DNA of 64,000 bases from Cycas panzhihuaensis (taxonomy: Eukaryota > Plantae > Cycadophyta). The position numbers and the translations under genes are program-made. Below, piece by piece: positions 38,801 to 50,751 of this stretch (position 1 is its first letter; every line of letters begins with the position of its first letter). Below the pieces are notes generated by a model that was given only the letters and a program-made list of their open reading frames with translations, was not told the origin of the DNA and made no database searches. Location of the stretch: NCBI GenBank assembly GCA_023213395.1, contig CM041465.1, forward strand, positions 124,937,741 to 125,001,740, in the 5' to 3' direction.

Positions 38801-41800
38801 AAGTATAATAGGTTCGACATAAGGGTTCTTATTGAGTTGAATGATGCCCATATCCAAGAGTTTAGATGTGATACACTCAATTTCATTCTTTTGAAAATAC
38901 AAGCTTTGGCATTGTCATAAGTTGATGGGGTTGTGTGGGTGTTTTAATTCAATGATGTGGTGGAATCCATGATCTAGAAGAAGGCTTCCTAGTAGAGGAT
39001 TAAAAACAGACTCATATTTGCTAAGGACTATTTGGATACCTAGATGGGACCTCTGGTTGTGGTTGAACGTTACTGATTTGAACAATATAACCAAGAATCC
39101 CATTGGGTTGCTTACTCATTTGCTTAGGAGAGATTAGTTTATTTGGTAGGGACTAAAGATTATGCAATTTGTAAGTTTGTCCAAATTGGTCTTTAAACAT
39201 CATAAAAGAATTGTTGAGAGAGTTATTGGTATTATAAGTTCCAAAGGTTTAGAGTCATTCGATGTCTAGGGTATCTGAGCCCCCAATAGATAAGGCATAA
39301 AAGTTAGATCAGAGGTGATAAGTGCCAATTTGAGCTTGAAGATTTCGAATAACCCCCGCATAGTGAAGGCTATAGTGGCCAAATAGAGAGCAATTGAATC
39401 TTATTTTTGGTTCAATGTATAGGTTCAGTTGCTTGGCGACTACAATATTGAGGAAGTTCAGTGACACACCACCATTGATTAAGATTGTAATGGGGGTCCT
39501 CATCAATGTCCCTCTTATACGTAATGGGTTAGGGCAGGGAGAAGGAGAAACAACAAATACGAAAGGTTCAAAGGCGTGCTCAAATTCTAGTGGTGGAGGG
39601 GACTCTAGTAGAGGTTCTTTGTCAATTTCATCTTCTAAGTCAGAATCAGAGTTAATGGTAAATATTACTTTGCTTACTTTGCAAACTCTACTATGCTCGT
39701 TGAACCATTTTTTCGTGCACTGAGTGCAGAGCCACCGCCGTGCACCGAGTGCAGCCCACTCCCCTGCATGTGTGCCTTTGATGTGGAAACCTTTACTAAT
39801 GATTGTTCTGTTGATGAACGTTCTGTTGGTCATTCTACCAGGCGTTCTGTTAGTTGTCTCATGTAGTTGTATGTTCGAAACTGTGGCGGCATGTCCAGAT
39901 TTGATTGCCTTGGGCAATTGGACCATACTAATTCTCTTCTAAAACCAATTATTCGTTCTATCACAAATTCTATCTTCTCTGCCTTAATTGCATTGATAAC
40001 ATCCCTAAGGTTGGAAAAAGAGATGATCTTTAGCCTCATTTGTATACGACCTTTCAATCCAGTTATATAGGTTTTAATAAGTGTCTGTTTATCAAATGTT
40101 GAGTGACTTGATTGTGAATGGCTTGAAATTCATCGATGTATGCTTCAAGTGAGGTAGATTATCTTAACCAAGTTACCTGACTGAAAAATGATTAGTTCTA
40201 GGTTTCCTCATACTACTTAAAAAAACATTTGCAGAAAACATCCCATGTTTGATTTGCATGATACTCATTGGCCCACCATCTGTACTAGTGGTGTGCTTTG
40301 CCTTCTAAGTGAATGGAAGCAAATGCCAACGGATCTGCTTAAGACATCTGGTTAAGTATGAAGTATGAGTCAAACTTGTTGATCTAAGAACGAGCAACAT
40401 CTTTGTTGAAATCCAGATCAAAGATGAGTATATTGATTTTATGATTGAAAGTTTGTTGACGAATGAGCTATTGGCGAACAAATTAAAATCAATATACTAT
40501 GAAAGTATATAATTTTATGATTAAGACAGATAAGTTGTAAGAAAAAATATAGGATGGTGGGGCTTAGGGGTGCCTATATGCCATTTCCCCCAAAATTTAA
40601 CAGTTAAAATACACCTATTGAATCCTTGTCAACATGGCATGCTAATCAAAATAAGATAGGTGAAATTTAATGTCATTTTTTACATCATGGATGATTTTTT
40701 TCTTTATGACAATTGCTACAGTTTAGGTCATTTCAGATTCTAATAAGTATTGTTGAAGTTATTGCCTTCTCTTTGTAGGTTTATGATGCCAGGGACAGAT
40801 GAATAACAAGAAATCAACATACTCAATTTTGTTATATGAGTGGAACTTTCAGATCGTATGAGAACTACTAGACTCTAACACTAGGATTACTTGGATCTGC
40901 AGACCCTGTGATAAACATCTCTATCAATTATGTAACTCGGCCCAATATATTAGAGTACCACCTACAGAGGAAAGACTATTTCCGTAAAGTCTACAACCAT
41001 GTAGAGGTGTTCATGCAGAGTAACTTCTAGATGCTAACCACTAACCTGTACACTATAGAAGATAAACGACCAAAGGCTTACTTGTTATAAACAAGGAAGG
41101 GGAATCCTAAAAGGATTCCTCCTATATACTCGAAGGTATGTGGATACTCAATTCCATATACGAATTATGTTTCAACCTTGATTCAACAGAGTTAATTGAA
41201 GTCTTTCATGCAAGGGTTAACTAAAATCCTTCACGCGAGGACAAAAAAACCACAATGAGCTTAGCCTAGAACGATAAATCCTTCACAATATTTAAAGAAC
41301 CCCAACACAGAATCTCTACCTATGACAGGGAACTACCACACAAAGTTATCTATCCAGAAACTAAGGAAGGAGAGGGAGGGAACAAAAAGGATAAGTGACA
41401 AGCAATGTTGTCTACCATCTAACAAAAGTTAAAATGACAGAAATTAAAATTAAAAATGAGTTACGAGAGTCATCAAGGGAGGAGGGAGAAAATTTCCTTT
41501 TCTCTACTTTTGACTGCTCTACGGGGTTGTCGAACCTTACTCTAATACGACTTACAACAATTTGATCCACAAGTTGTGCATAAAGAACACCTTTGGAAGT
41601 ATCTGGGAGCTCAAAAGATATTTTATTATGGATTTAAAAATACAATTACATTAATGGAGTGCAAGAAAGCTTAATGATCACTAGAAAGATAGATGTATTC
41701 TCATACAATCTCAGAAGATAATAAAATAACATAAGTGTTTATTTTACTACTACTTGGCCTTATATAAGCAAAAATGGTAGCTAATTCTAACATCTTATTA

Positions 41801-41970
41801 GTAGCCCATGTGCCCTTCAATCTCATTGGTGGAGATATACAACTAATACACATAAATTAACAATTGTCCTTAACCTTCTCTTTCTTAATTATGTGACTAT
41901 GGTTTTAGTCTTAACTTTCTCCATGTGATCGAATGTTCTTGTGCCATTAACCTTGGAATGTTCCTTAACA
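35839..41970 (-). mobile_element. Full-length degenerate Ty3/gypsy chromovirus (element G)
   Basis: 418-bp LTRs 35839-36256 and 41553-41970; perfect TSD tcaat; PBS-like actctaatacga (41539-41550); PPT ggccccctcc; domain order gag-PR-RT-RH-INT-chromo. Confidence 0.93.
36290..40480 (-). pseudogene. pol: gag-pol remnant of element G
   Basis: CTQCTKKWFNEH and ILINGGVSLNFL (39309-39926); WPTPK...FLGL..FYRCFVKKYA (38039-38314); INT zinc finger H..H..G.DKTY (37443-37811); KLCPHYYGPY...IHNVFHVSCLK (36389-36709); EATW chromodomain. Confidence 0.92.
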
Positions 41971-43395
41971 TCAATCTTGATATGTTGTTGCTCCTGAATT
42001 GATTTCCCTTGATGCTCCTACAATGCTTATTAGATCCCTTTATCAACAATCAATTCTTCCTCTTTTATTGTCTTTTCACCTAGTTGCTTCAATTCTTTGG
42101 TAATTTCCTTGTATTAAATTATAGCATTGTCTTGAGTTGCATTCATTTCTTTGTCTTAATCCCACTAGAAAAACAGTATCTTAAAATATCTTTTAAATTA
42201 ATACCATTTATTAAATATTTTTGTTTTTTCAGACCAATCTTTAGACCATCGATGAGCTTGTCCCCAAACGGTATTAAATATTCTGTTTATAATCCTCGAA
42301 TTTTGTATCCAATGAAAGTCCACAATACATGTCATAATATTGAAGCATTTTTGTAGTTGTTATACCTTCCCCTGAGACAAATAGTTAAATATTTTGAATT
42401 TTTCGTATTGAGAATGCCTTTTGTTACACCTACTTTAGTAACATCATTCATTCTACCAAAGATTTTTCTTCCAACCAAGTCATCATTCTTTATTCTTTTC
42501 AACAAAAAATTTAATTTCATAGATTAAAACCTACATCAAGGATTGCTTAGAACTATATTATGCAACCATTTAAATCGATTGACTCTAAATTATGATTTTA
42601 GAGATTTTAATGAAATTGAAATTAAATTTTGCAACAAAAGTTATGTACACAAACGTCCAAGTACCCCCGTTTAAAAACAAAACAAAAATGATACAACTTT
42701 TTCTCCATTGATCCAAATTAATTGATTTATTTTCTTGAGTGGAAAGGACTTCAAAACATCTCCAATGAGCCAAGTTTAAAATATTTTGAAACTTTATAAC
42801 TCTTGTAGTGGCCCCCGTAAGTTGGATAAAAATTTTGAATTTTATAATAGTACTAGTGCCCTTCACTAAAATAGTAATAAATTTTGAATAGATCTCCAAA
42901 TTGATTTTTTTTTCTTTTTTTTGAGTAATTTATGCTTTAAGCCACACCAAATCCTTTTTAAAATATTAAAGTCATTTGAATACCTATAACGATTGTTATG
43001 GCCCTTTTAATATAGGTCACAATTAAGATTTCTATGGAGTGCATGAATATTTGTTACTAAATTGTTGATATAGATCTAAAACCACTTCCAACAGAAAGTA
43101 AACATTGAGACAAATAAAAAAATAATTGAAATTAATTGAACACTTATAATAAAAATTATGATCGTTTAAAGTTACAGTTGTAAATTTGAGTACCTAAAAA
43201 CAATAATGGACAACAAACCGAAATTAAATTCTTTGTAATTTTTGTATTTTTGCTTCAAAACTTACAATATAACCACTCAAAATTTGCAAATAGACCTGTT
43301 TGACTCAAAGTTATAGTTATCTTTTAAAAATTTTTCTGTTTATATTCCCGAAAATGCAAATCTTAGATAGACTAAAACAAAGCTCTGATACCGCT

Positions 43396-43904
43396 TGTGG
43401 TGATGCCCATCATTTATAGACAAAAAATATAATATTCACACCATAGATAATTTACAAAACATCATCATCATAAATAACAATCTATATCCACAGGAAATAC
43501 CACATAATAATATCAAATTAATATCAAACTTGCCACAATAGATAGTAAATATCAGATAAAATAAGAGTTAACATCTTGCCCTCTTCGAGGTGAAGGTTTC
43601 CTTCCAAAATGGCGCACATTACCTTAATAGTCCTAGGTCATTATTCTAGAACCAAAATATCAAATTTTTTAAAAGATGATTTATAAATGAATAAGGCTCC
43701 TCTATTTATAGCCTTATTTTCCCTATCTAAATCCAACTTCTAATTCTCTCTCCTCAAAATACTGACTTCATCTAATTTAGGGATGCAATAACTCTCTCTC
43801 CTAAAAATATTGACTTCATAATAATAAATATGCATTAAATAATTCTTCTTTTCTCTTCCTAAAAACCAATTTCACCAACTTCTTCGAAATTTAAGAAGAT
43901 AACA
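43396..43904 (-). repeat. 5' LTR of element E
   Basis: Follows the PBS; aligns with 28029-28548. Confidence 0.88.
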
Positions 43905-44089
43905 AAAAACATGTTTAAAAATTAAATGTAGCTCTTTTAAACAATATGCAAATAATTTCCAAGAACCCAACTTTAGGTTCCATGGGGATTTTAAACATTT
44001 TTGAAGGGTTGTTTAAGCCTTTGCGGTGCAAGGAAAAAGCAATGGTTCAAATTTCATTATGTTTCTTAACATTAAAAGCATTTCCACTT

Positions 44090-44441
44090 CTAAGCAATGG
44101 AAGAGTAACCATATGTTACATTCCTAAACACTGACCCCACTGAATCTAATGAGCAAAGGATGGAACTTGCCAACCAATGGTCACAAGCTAGATTCTTCAC
44201 ATGCAAGCACAACATTGGCCCCAATGCCACAGGAAGATGTACCCAACAATAGAGAACCTTAGATTCTATCACCTTCAAGAGAGAGAGATCATCATTGTTC
44301 CTTCTCCCTCTGATGTCAAGATATCTTGCTCCATAAGTTTCAACATGGATGGCATGCATCCTAAAGCTCCAAGCACCAGACATCGTGAAAAGCCTTTTGA
44401 AGTTGATATTTGATTCACCAGGAAAGTAGTTGTAAGGGTCT
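44090..44441 (-). other. Probable terminal exon of the host gene (3' UTR or alternative coding exon); 3' end undefined
   Basis: Acceptor gattgtgtttttgtag|AGACCC; unique, non-decayed sequence; carries a ~116-codon open frame (DPYNYFPGESNINFKRLF...). Confidence 0.5.
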
Positions 44442-44933
44442 CTACAAAAACACAATCAAAGTGAGAATCAAACACAATCTTATAGAGTCATTTTCTAGTA
44501 AAGAGGCCATGCCCCACTTTATTTACATTGATGCAATCACCAGGATGGGAAAACAACCAAAAAGTGATGACACTTTGAAGTGTAGTATATTTGAGTTAAA
44601 AAACATTAGAATTGAAATATTTATAAAAATCTGAACTTTGAAGACTTTCAATGCTATACATAGCATTGTCCATTACAGAGCACAAATGAACAGTTCATGA
44701 GTTGGTGATAAGTGGAACTAAAGAAACAAGATACTGCAGATAATTTAAGATGGCATGAAATGCTCAAAAGTTCCAGAATAGTAAAGAGATCAGTTTCCTA
44801 ATTTCAATACAATCCAGTCTACAACCCTGTGAAAACTAGGATTTGAATGAATTTAAGCATTATGAACTTTTAAGCCAATCCTGTATCAACGTAGAGCCAT
44901 TTTGATGATATACAAATTTGATATGGATGTTAC

Positions 44934-44978
44934 CCTCAGAGGGTCGATAAGACTTAAGTTGTGAGTGCCAAACAGGAC
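44934..44978 (-). other. Candidate 45-nt cassette exon
   Basis: Acceptor gttacggcag|GTCC and donor GAGG|gtaaca; open as VLFGTHNLSLIDPLR. Confidence 0.25.
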
Positions 44979-46543
44979 CTGCCGTAACATCAAATAAAAC
45001 TTTAACAAAGCATACTTTGCACACTTCAGGATATCACCAGACACAAATTTTTACTTGAAAGAGCACACAAAAGGTGTGAAGAGTCAATAAAACCCAAGCA
45101 GGGATCACAATTGAGCACTTGTTAGCTGATTTTTATCCATACAAACAAAGGCCTGATGTGCTTAAGGCAATCCTTTCACTCACTCAAGGTTACAGCTTAC
45201 AAGTAAGAGCTCGTAAGTATATCTTACGTGCTGAGATACACTAACAGAAAATCAAAAGCGGAACTTAAACCCATGCCTTTCAAGCAGCAGTAAATTATAA
45301 AAACACTCAGAAGAGATGACGGACAGCCCCATTCTAACACTATCCACTGGCCAGATCTACCAGACAAACAATTCAGTCTTCAAGCCAATCCCATTGGAAG
45401 ACTCAGATTAGCACAGCTGAGTGTCCCTGACTGTGGCCTTGTCACTAGATTATGTGCCTTATCCAGGAGACATTGGACTTTGGATAATAGGGGAGACAAC
45501 TGTTGTAGACACTACATCTACTATACCTCATCTACAGACTTCACCAGACTACCACCCAGGATTGTATAGCAGGTACCGATAGCAGGGATATCCTCATTAG
45601 ATGACTGACTTCATCAGATCTTAAACAACCTTCTACACTGCCCAGACATTGAATGTACATGATGTTTTCTTCCATCCCATTGTACCAGGGGACATTAAAA
45701 AAGTTATGTCAAACTTTTGCTGGTAAAAATAATTTACCTAGAAGATGAGGATAACAAATTGATGCATCAAACTCCTAAGTTAATGTCCTAGATACTACGC
45801 CTGTCTCATTTCAGTATAAATGGCTGGCCAAGTTAAAAACGCTATTCTAACAACCGCCATTGTTGCCATGCACTTTCTATGAAGGTACTTTGGCACTGTA
45901 TCAACAGTATAGGATTGAAGCTTTCAAGAATCATTCAGTGTTATGATCGCATATCTGTCCATTTGACCCCTGTATTTGCCATGAAAACAAACACTAAACA
46001 TTATGAAATCAATTACCATAAGGTATTTGGGCATACAAAATGCAAGGCTTACAATTCAAGGTCAAAACTAGAAAGGTGCTCTCATGGATCACATGACATG
46101 TCATATGGCAGATGGAACATGACGCACTGGTGGTTATATTTCTTTGCAATAAATGGGCAAATTCCTTTGCAGCTCACATTATAGATCTTATCTAAAATTA
46201 CAAGGACTTGAGCTAAAAGAATAGTACATCAAAAACAATCAATGAAGAATAGCAAAATGAACTAGTATGTTTTAATCTTTCATGCCTCTTGAAGCATAAC
46301 TCTCCACATACAAACAGTTATTATGGAAAGTAAGCCCAGTCAAAACAGAAATTTTACAGAGGCAACATACAAAACATAATTATTGAACCACCTAGAGCTA
46401 CGATAATAAGTAAAATTGCTATGAATATCTTCTGGCAATAAAGAATTGCCTTTCCTATTACAAACTAGATGAAATGATTCTATAGATGGAGGGGGATGAT
46501 AGCGTACATTTTGAAACAATAAAGAAATTTGTGTTTTGATCCA

Positions 46544-46648
46544 TTATCGAGCAGAAGCTCGAATTAATGGTTCAATAATCCCTTGCAGCTCTTGTAAAGA
46601 ACGCTGCAGTTGAAGCTCTCGAATTACTTTACCCCGGAGGAGTATAAT
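46544..46648 (-). CDS. Last coding exon of an unidentified host protein (IILLRGKVIRELQLQRSLQELQGIIEPLIRASAR*); exon extends to a donor at 46508
   Basis: Acceptor gtgttggtggcag|ATT; the only frame open for 34 codons, ending in TAA; donor AAAT|gtacgc 36 nt after the stop; CpG-containing, undecayed codons. Confidence 0.6.
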   Translation of the reverse strand: MILLRGKVIRELQLQRSLQELQGIIEPLIRASAR

Positions 46649-47009
46649 CTGCCACCAACACAAATGCACAACAGGTTAAATCGAAATGCGCCAATGGCCA
46701 CCTGGGGAAAATGCATGACAAATAAGTGTTGATGTTGATGTTCACAAACCAACCACTATGACTATGTAGGTTATGACAAGAATGAGCATGCAATACACAT
46801 CAACAAAATAAATCTAGCAATGCTAGGTGCAAACTCAAACCCATCATCCTTTTGTCTCAATACCCAGTCCATAAGATCATGTAGATTCAAGAGACATAAA
46901 TTACCTTGCCGCTTAATATGATAAAATAGACTATTCAATTACTAAGCCAAGAAAATTAACAGGAAAACCATGTTTGTGATCCTCAGACATTACAAAATCA
47001 GGTGCATAG

Positions 47010-47410
47010 ATCCTGTTTCCAATATAGCCTGGTTCAGCCATTGGTGCAGACTGGGCAAATGAGGTTTGCTCAAGCTAGAACCCAGGTGAACCTGGGTTCA
47101 TCTAGGCTGAACCCAGTTTAGTCGGGGTGTAGTGGGTTGGCTGAACCCAAGTCCCATTGCAGTTTTTCACCCAAAAACATAAACTAACCCTAACTCACTA
47201 CCACACAAACCCTAAACATAATTAGTATAATTCTACGATGTTTATTAGCAAATTTCAATGGTATAATTATCTAATATTTTCTTCATGTCCCACACACCCT
47301 CCCCTCTTAAATATATTTATCATACCCATCCCTACAACCCTGAGTTTGGAGGGCCGAACTGGATTCCCTGAGCCCCATTTCTACTAAAACCCGGAATATG
47401 GTAACCTTAA
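47010..47410. mobile_element. MITE or non-autonomous hAT-like element in the intron (boundaries approximate)
   Basis: Repeated gaaccc/gggttc subterminal-type motifs including the hairpin gaacccaggt-ga-acctgggttc; AT-rich core; ends ...atggtaacctt. Confidence 0.4.
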
Positions 47411-47581
47411 AAACAGAAAGCATTCGCAATAATTTCAATTTGTATGATACAAGTCACATTTCAAGGGATATTAACATTTGCTAAAAAGGGTTTAGCCTAC
47501 AGCATAAACAAGACTACTGCTTTTAAGCATAATAGAGACGGAAAATCTGTTTATGTTTATCTGCTCGAAACCAGGATGTGC

Positions 47582-47983
47582 TGTTAGATTTTCAACAAGG
47601 AGAGCATTCAACATCAAAACAAAGCCACAAGACCAATGAACAAAGCATAAATTGTATAAACTCAACTCAAGGATGATTACATCATAATACTATTGCACCA
47701 TAGACTCAACATGAGTCTCCATGATGACTCGATAACTACTCTACCTCAATCACCTATTTATTCATCATAGGTGGGAATACATAAGTGAGGTGGAATGCAT
47801 GTGGGACAAAGACTGTTAACCTACCCAATTACACTTCACCTACTAACTGACCAATGACCTAACTTCTCACATAATTCACATTATAATATATGACTCTTAG
47901 ACCCTAACATAATACTTAGGACTATACATTAATGACTTTAAGACACCATGACACTTGATTACATTAAACATTATCTTCTAACA
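47582..47983 (-). repeat. 3' LTR of element I
   Basis: Aligns with 51286-51688. Confidence 0.95.
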
Positions 47984-48050
47984 CCTCCCCTTAATGTTTA
48001 ATGTCAAGACTGTACAAAACTGATTACCAAAGACAACATGACACTTATTA

Positions 48051-49560
48051 CTAAGGATTGACAACAAAACTGATAAAACCTAATATAAGACTTGACTTGA
48101 AGCATTGTTTGAATTTCCAACGCCTAAGTCTAGGAACCTTTCTGAAGACGATGTCATAAACTTGATCTTTGACTAGAATGCAACGAAGTTTGTATGACAT
48201 GTCTGTTCTATCATCCTCTACTTCTTGCTTGGTGACTCCTCCTTTGTCTGACTGTTTTGACTGCATGTGTGATTCCTTTCCAAGATCAACATATGATTTG
48301 GACTTGACGATTTCCATGAAAGGAAAGAGATTTGTTTCCAAGACAGCGAGTATGATCAACTCTTCGAACAAATAAGCATTCTCATGAAAGGTAAGAAAAG
48401 ACAATGATTTTTTTTCCTATCACCACTTGTGCAGGTACTTGTCCTGAATCAATAAAATACTCTGTTTTTCCTTCATCAACCAAGAGATCTTTTGTTGTAC
48501 CAGATATGATGTGGATTTCTGTTATGTTCACATGAACATACCTCCCAGTTATGGTTACATAAAAGTAGTACAATATCTCAACATAATTGCCTTTCTTGAC
48601 TAAGTAACTTGCCCAAAACATAAAACAATCTTGGTGGACAAGATTTTGTCCAAACAACATTCCAATTGTGTCCTTCTCACTTTGAATGAATCTTCCAGAG
48701 CCATTGCAGGATATGTTACCATAATTTGAATTTTTTCAAGGTTAAGAGCAAACAATGCTCCCAAATTGAATTGGATCATACAAAGTCTTGTGCATGTGCA
48801 TACAACCATGTGACCTGTCATCATTTGGAACTTGGTAACACATTTATCAACACAAATTAAGGTTATCTTACCCAAACTTTCCATCAAAGTAGTTGTGTCT
48901 CCATGATGGACCACCTATAAAAGATGATGTCTGAAGTCACTTTCAATGTCCATTCTTTCAACAATTTTCAATGCAGTTTTTCCTGTCAACATATTGAAAC
49001 TCAAATTCTTCTCAATCTTCGAATCTTCAATTTTATCTACTTTCTCAGATTTCAAAAGGTGATCATCAGACTCACCAGAATCAACCTGATTATTTGCATT
49101 CCCCCTTTTCGCTTTCCTCTTTAGCTTCGTTTTTTGGTTATTGGTTAGGTTGTTGTACATAGCTTGTTCTCCATGAGTAACCTTCTTTTCTACTTCATTT
49201 TTGTTACCTGCAACACAAATTTTATGTCTTTTCAAGAGCCTCTTGTACCTCTTGGGGGCTCTTTTCATATGCATCTTTTAGCAAACTCCAAGCTTCTTTA
49301 GCAGAATTAGTATTCTGAAGTGTATGAAGGAGGAAATGGTAGGAAGAAGGAAGATTTTCCTTGTCAAAGGCTGCAAGCATTACATCAATAGCTACTTTGT
49401 TTTTCTTTTTGAAAAGTTCCTCTCCTTCTTCATTAATCAAAGCAGTACCAAGAACAATTTTCCATAGTCCTTTAGCCATAAATATGCATTCCATTTAAAT
49501 TTTTCAAATTTGAAAAGTAGTTCCAACATATTTAGGCAAGACTATGTTACTTTCTATTAT
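48051..49560 (-). pseudogene. gag: Copia gag (UBN2-like) / protease / RNase H C-terminal remnant, with INT-RT deleted
   Basis: MECIFMAKGLWKIV...SAKEAWSLLKDAY (49222-49494); YFIDSG (~48450); KDQVYDIVFRK, resembling DQVADIFTK (~48150). Confidence 0.75.
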
Positions 49561-50109
49561 CCAAAATTCATTGTTCTCTGATACAAAAATAATAACATCA
49601 TTCAACTCCATGATGTATGAATACACCCACTTCAACTTGAAATAGACCTATTAAATCTATATAAAAAAGCCTCAAATTACATACCAACACGTCCCCCTTT
49701 GAAGTACGATTCCAACGCCACTGACTGTTTTGAAAAATGTGCAAAAATCTGTTTTTGAATAATAAATTCGAGTCATTAAGGGATTAATCCCTTGGTATTA
49801 AGTCATGTTAAGGTTTAAATAACCAAACACTTAACCATTAAGGGCTTAGCAAAACTCAAAACATATTTCACCTTGCAAATATTTTTAAATCTACCTCAAT
49901 AGTCTTCACGTCCACAAATTTGGGAGTTTAATTTAATCAAAAATATCTTATTCTCAATATCAAACCCTAACTGTGACCTGTGTATGTGGCAATGGCACTT
50001 CTTCCGTTCGAAGATCCAACAAGCGCGAGCCAAAGCATTCCGGAGAAGATGATATGTATGAAAATAATTGTTGTCCATGGGTCAAAGCCGAGGAGTTCTA
50101 GTTGGAAAT

Positions 50110-50313
50110 GGACTACGCTTGATTCTCAGTAAAATACTCTTCCATTCACTTCTTCGATAGCATCCCTCATGGCTTGCTCATCAACAAATGTTACAAATCC
50201 AAATCCACAGGATCTTCCAGTCTCCTAGTCATTCACGACCTTCAAACCTGTCACTTCACCAAAGGGCCTAAAAGCTTGCTCTAAGTTCCTTTGTATCCAA
50301 CGCCCCCACAACA
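50110..50313 (-). pseudogene. Captured, intron-less RRM fragment of a glycine-rich RNA-binding protein (AtGRP7/GRP8-type)
   Basis: Reads RNLEQAFRPFGEVTGLKVVND*ETGRSCGFGFVTFVDEQAMRDAIEEVNGR, then TENQA*S; compare GRP7 RALETAFAQYGDVIDSKIINDRETGRSRGFGFVTFKDEKAMKDAIEGMNG...TVNEAQS. Confidence 0.9.
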
Positions 50314-50504
50314 GAAACCATTGTCATCAACTACTCTGGACTAAGCGCCTCGATCGTCAAGGCATGCTAACGTACAAGGGTCAAGAGAAGCCCTGCCAAG
50401 GTCATGCGAATGTGGGGATTCGAAAACGGTCAGAAGGGTGTCACGAGTTCGAATCCCATTCTCTCTGGGATTTCTTTCACTGCAGCTGGCGCTTTGCTTG
50501 CCTC

Positions 50505-50751
50505 TTCTTTGCTCTTCACCCCCGTTATCTTCTTCATCTTATATTTCTCAACATAGGCAGTGATCTCTATGCTATAGAGAACCACCCTTCCAATTTTTGA
50601 TGTTTATACGACTGCTTCTGCTTGAGCCAGATGAAGCCAATCTCCTTCACATATCCAGATTCCACATGCTCTTTGAGGGAAGCAGACCCTTAGGCAAGCC
50701 TAATTCTTCCAAAAGCTCCACAGATTTCTGGTAATAGATCTCAACACCTTG
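50505..50751 (-). pseudogene. Captured DUF538-family gene fragment
   Basis: GVEIYYQKSVELLEELGLPKGLLP / KEHVESGYVKEIGFIWLKQKQSYKH / KIGRVVLYSIEITAYVEKYKMKKITGVKSKE (two frameshifts); matches the DUF538 motifs LP.GLLPL, GF.WLKQK and EITAYVE...TGVKSKE. Confidence 0.88.

Larger units (their letters stand above)
28029..43904 (-). mobile_element. Non-autonomous LTR element (element E, ~3.7 kb without insertions) hosting nested elements F and G
   Basis: LTRs 28029-28548 and 43396-43904; PBS gctctgataccg (43382-43393); PPT ctctctcc after the left LTR; TSD aaaga/aaaaa; gag-like remnants at ~42300-42900; no pol. Confidence 0.85.

Noticed and set aside
45300-45700. Possible Tat-type integrase relic in the 3' intron
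   Set aside because: Only faint motif echoes (WTLDNRG, STDFTR, TFYTAQT); not supportable by eye.
46544-46648. Naming the host gene
   Set aside because: The 34-48 aa peptide is not enough for me to recognise the family without a search.
50382-50467. Functional tRNA-Ser(CGA) gene
   Set aside because: T-stem pairs only 3 of 5, and the anticodon and D stems do not form; kept only as a low-interest finding.
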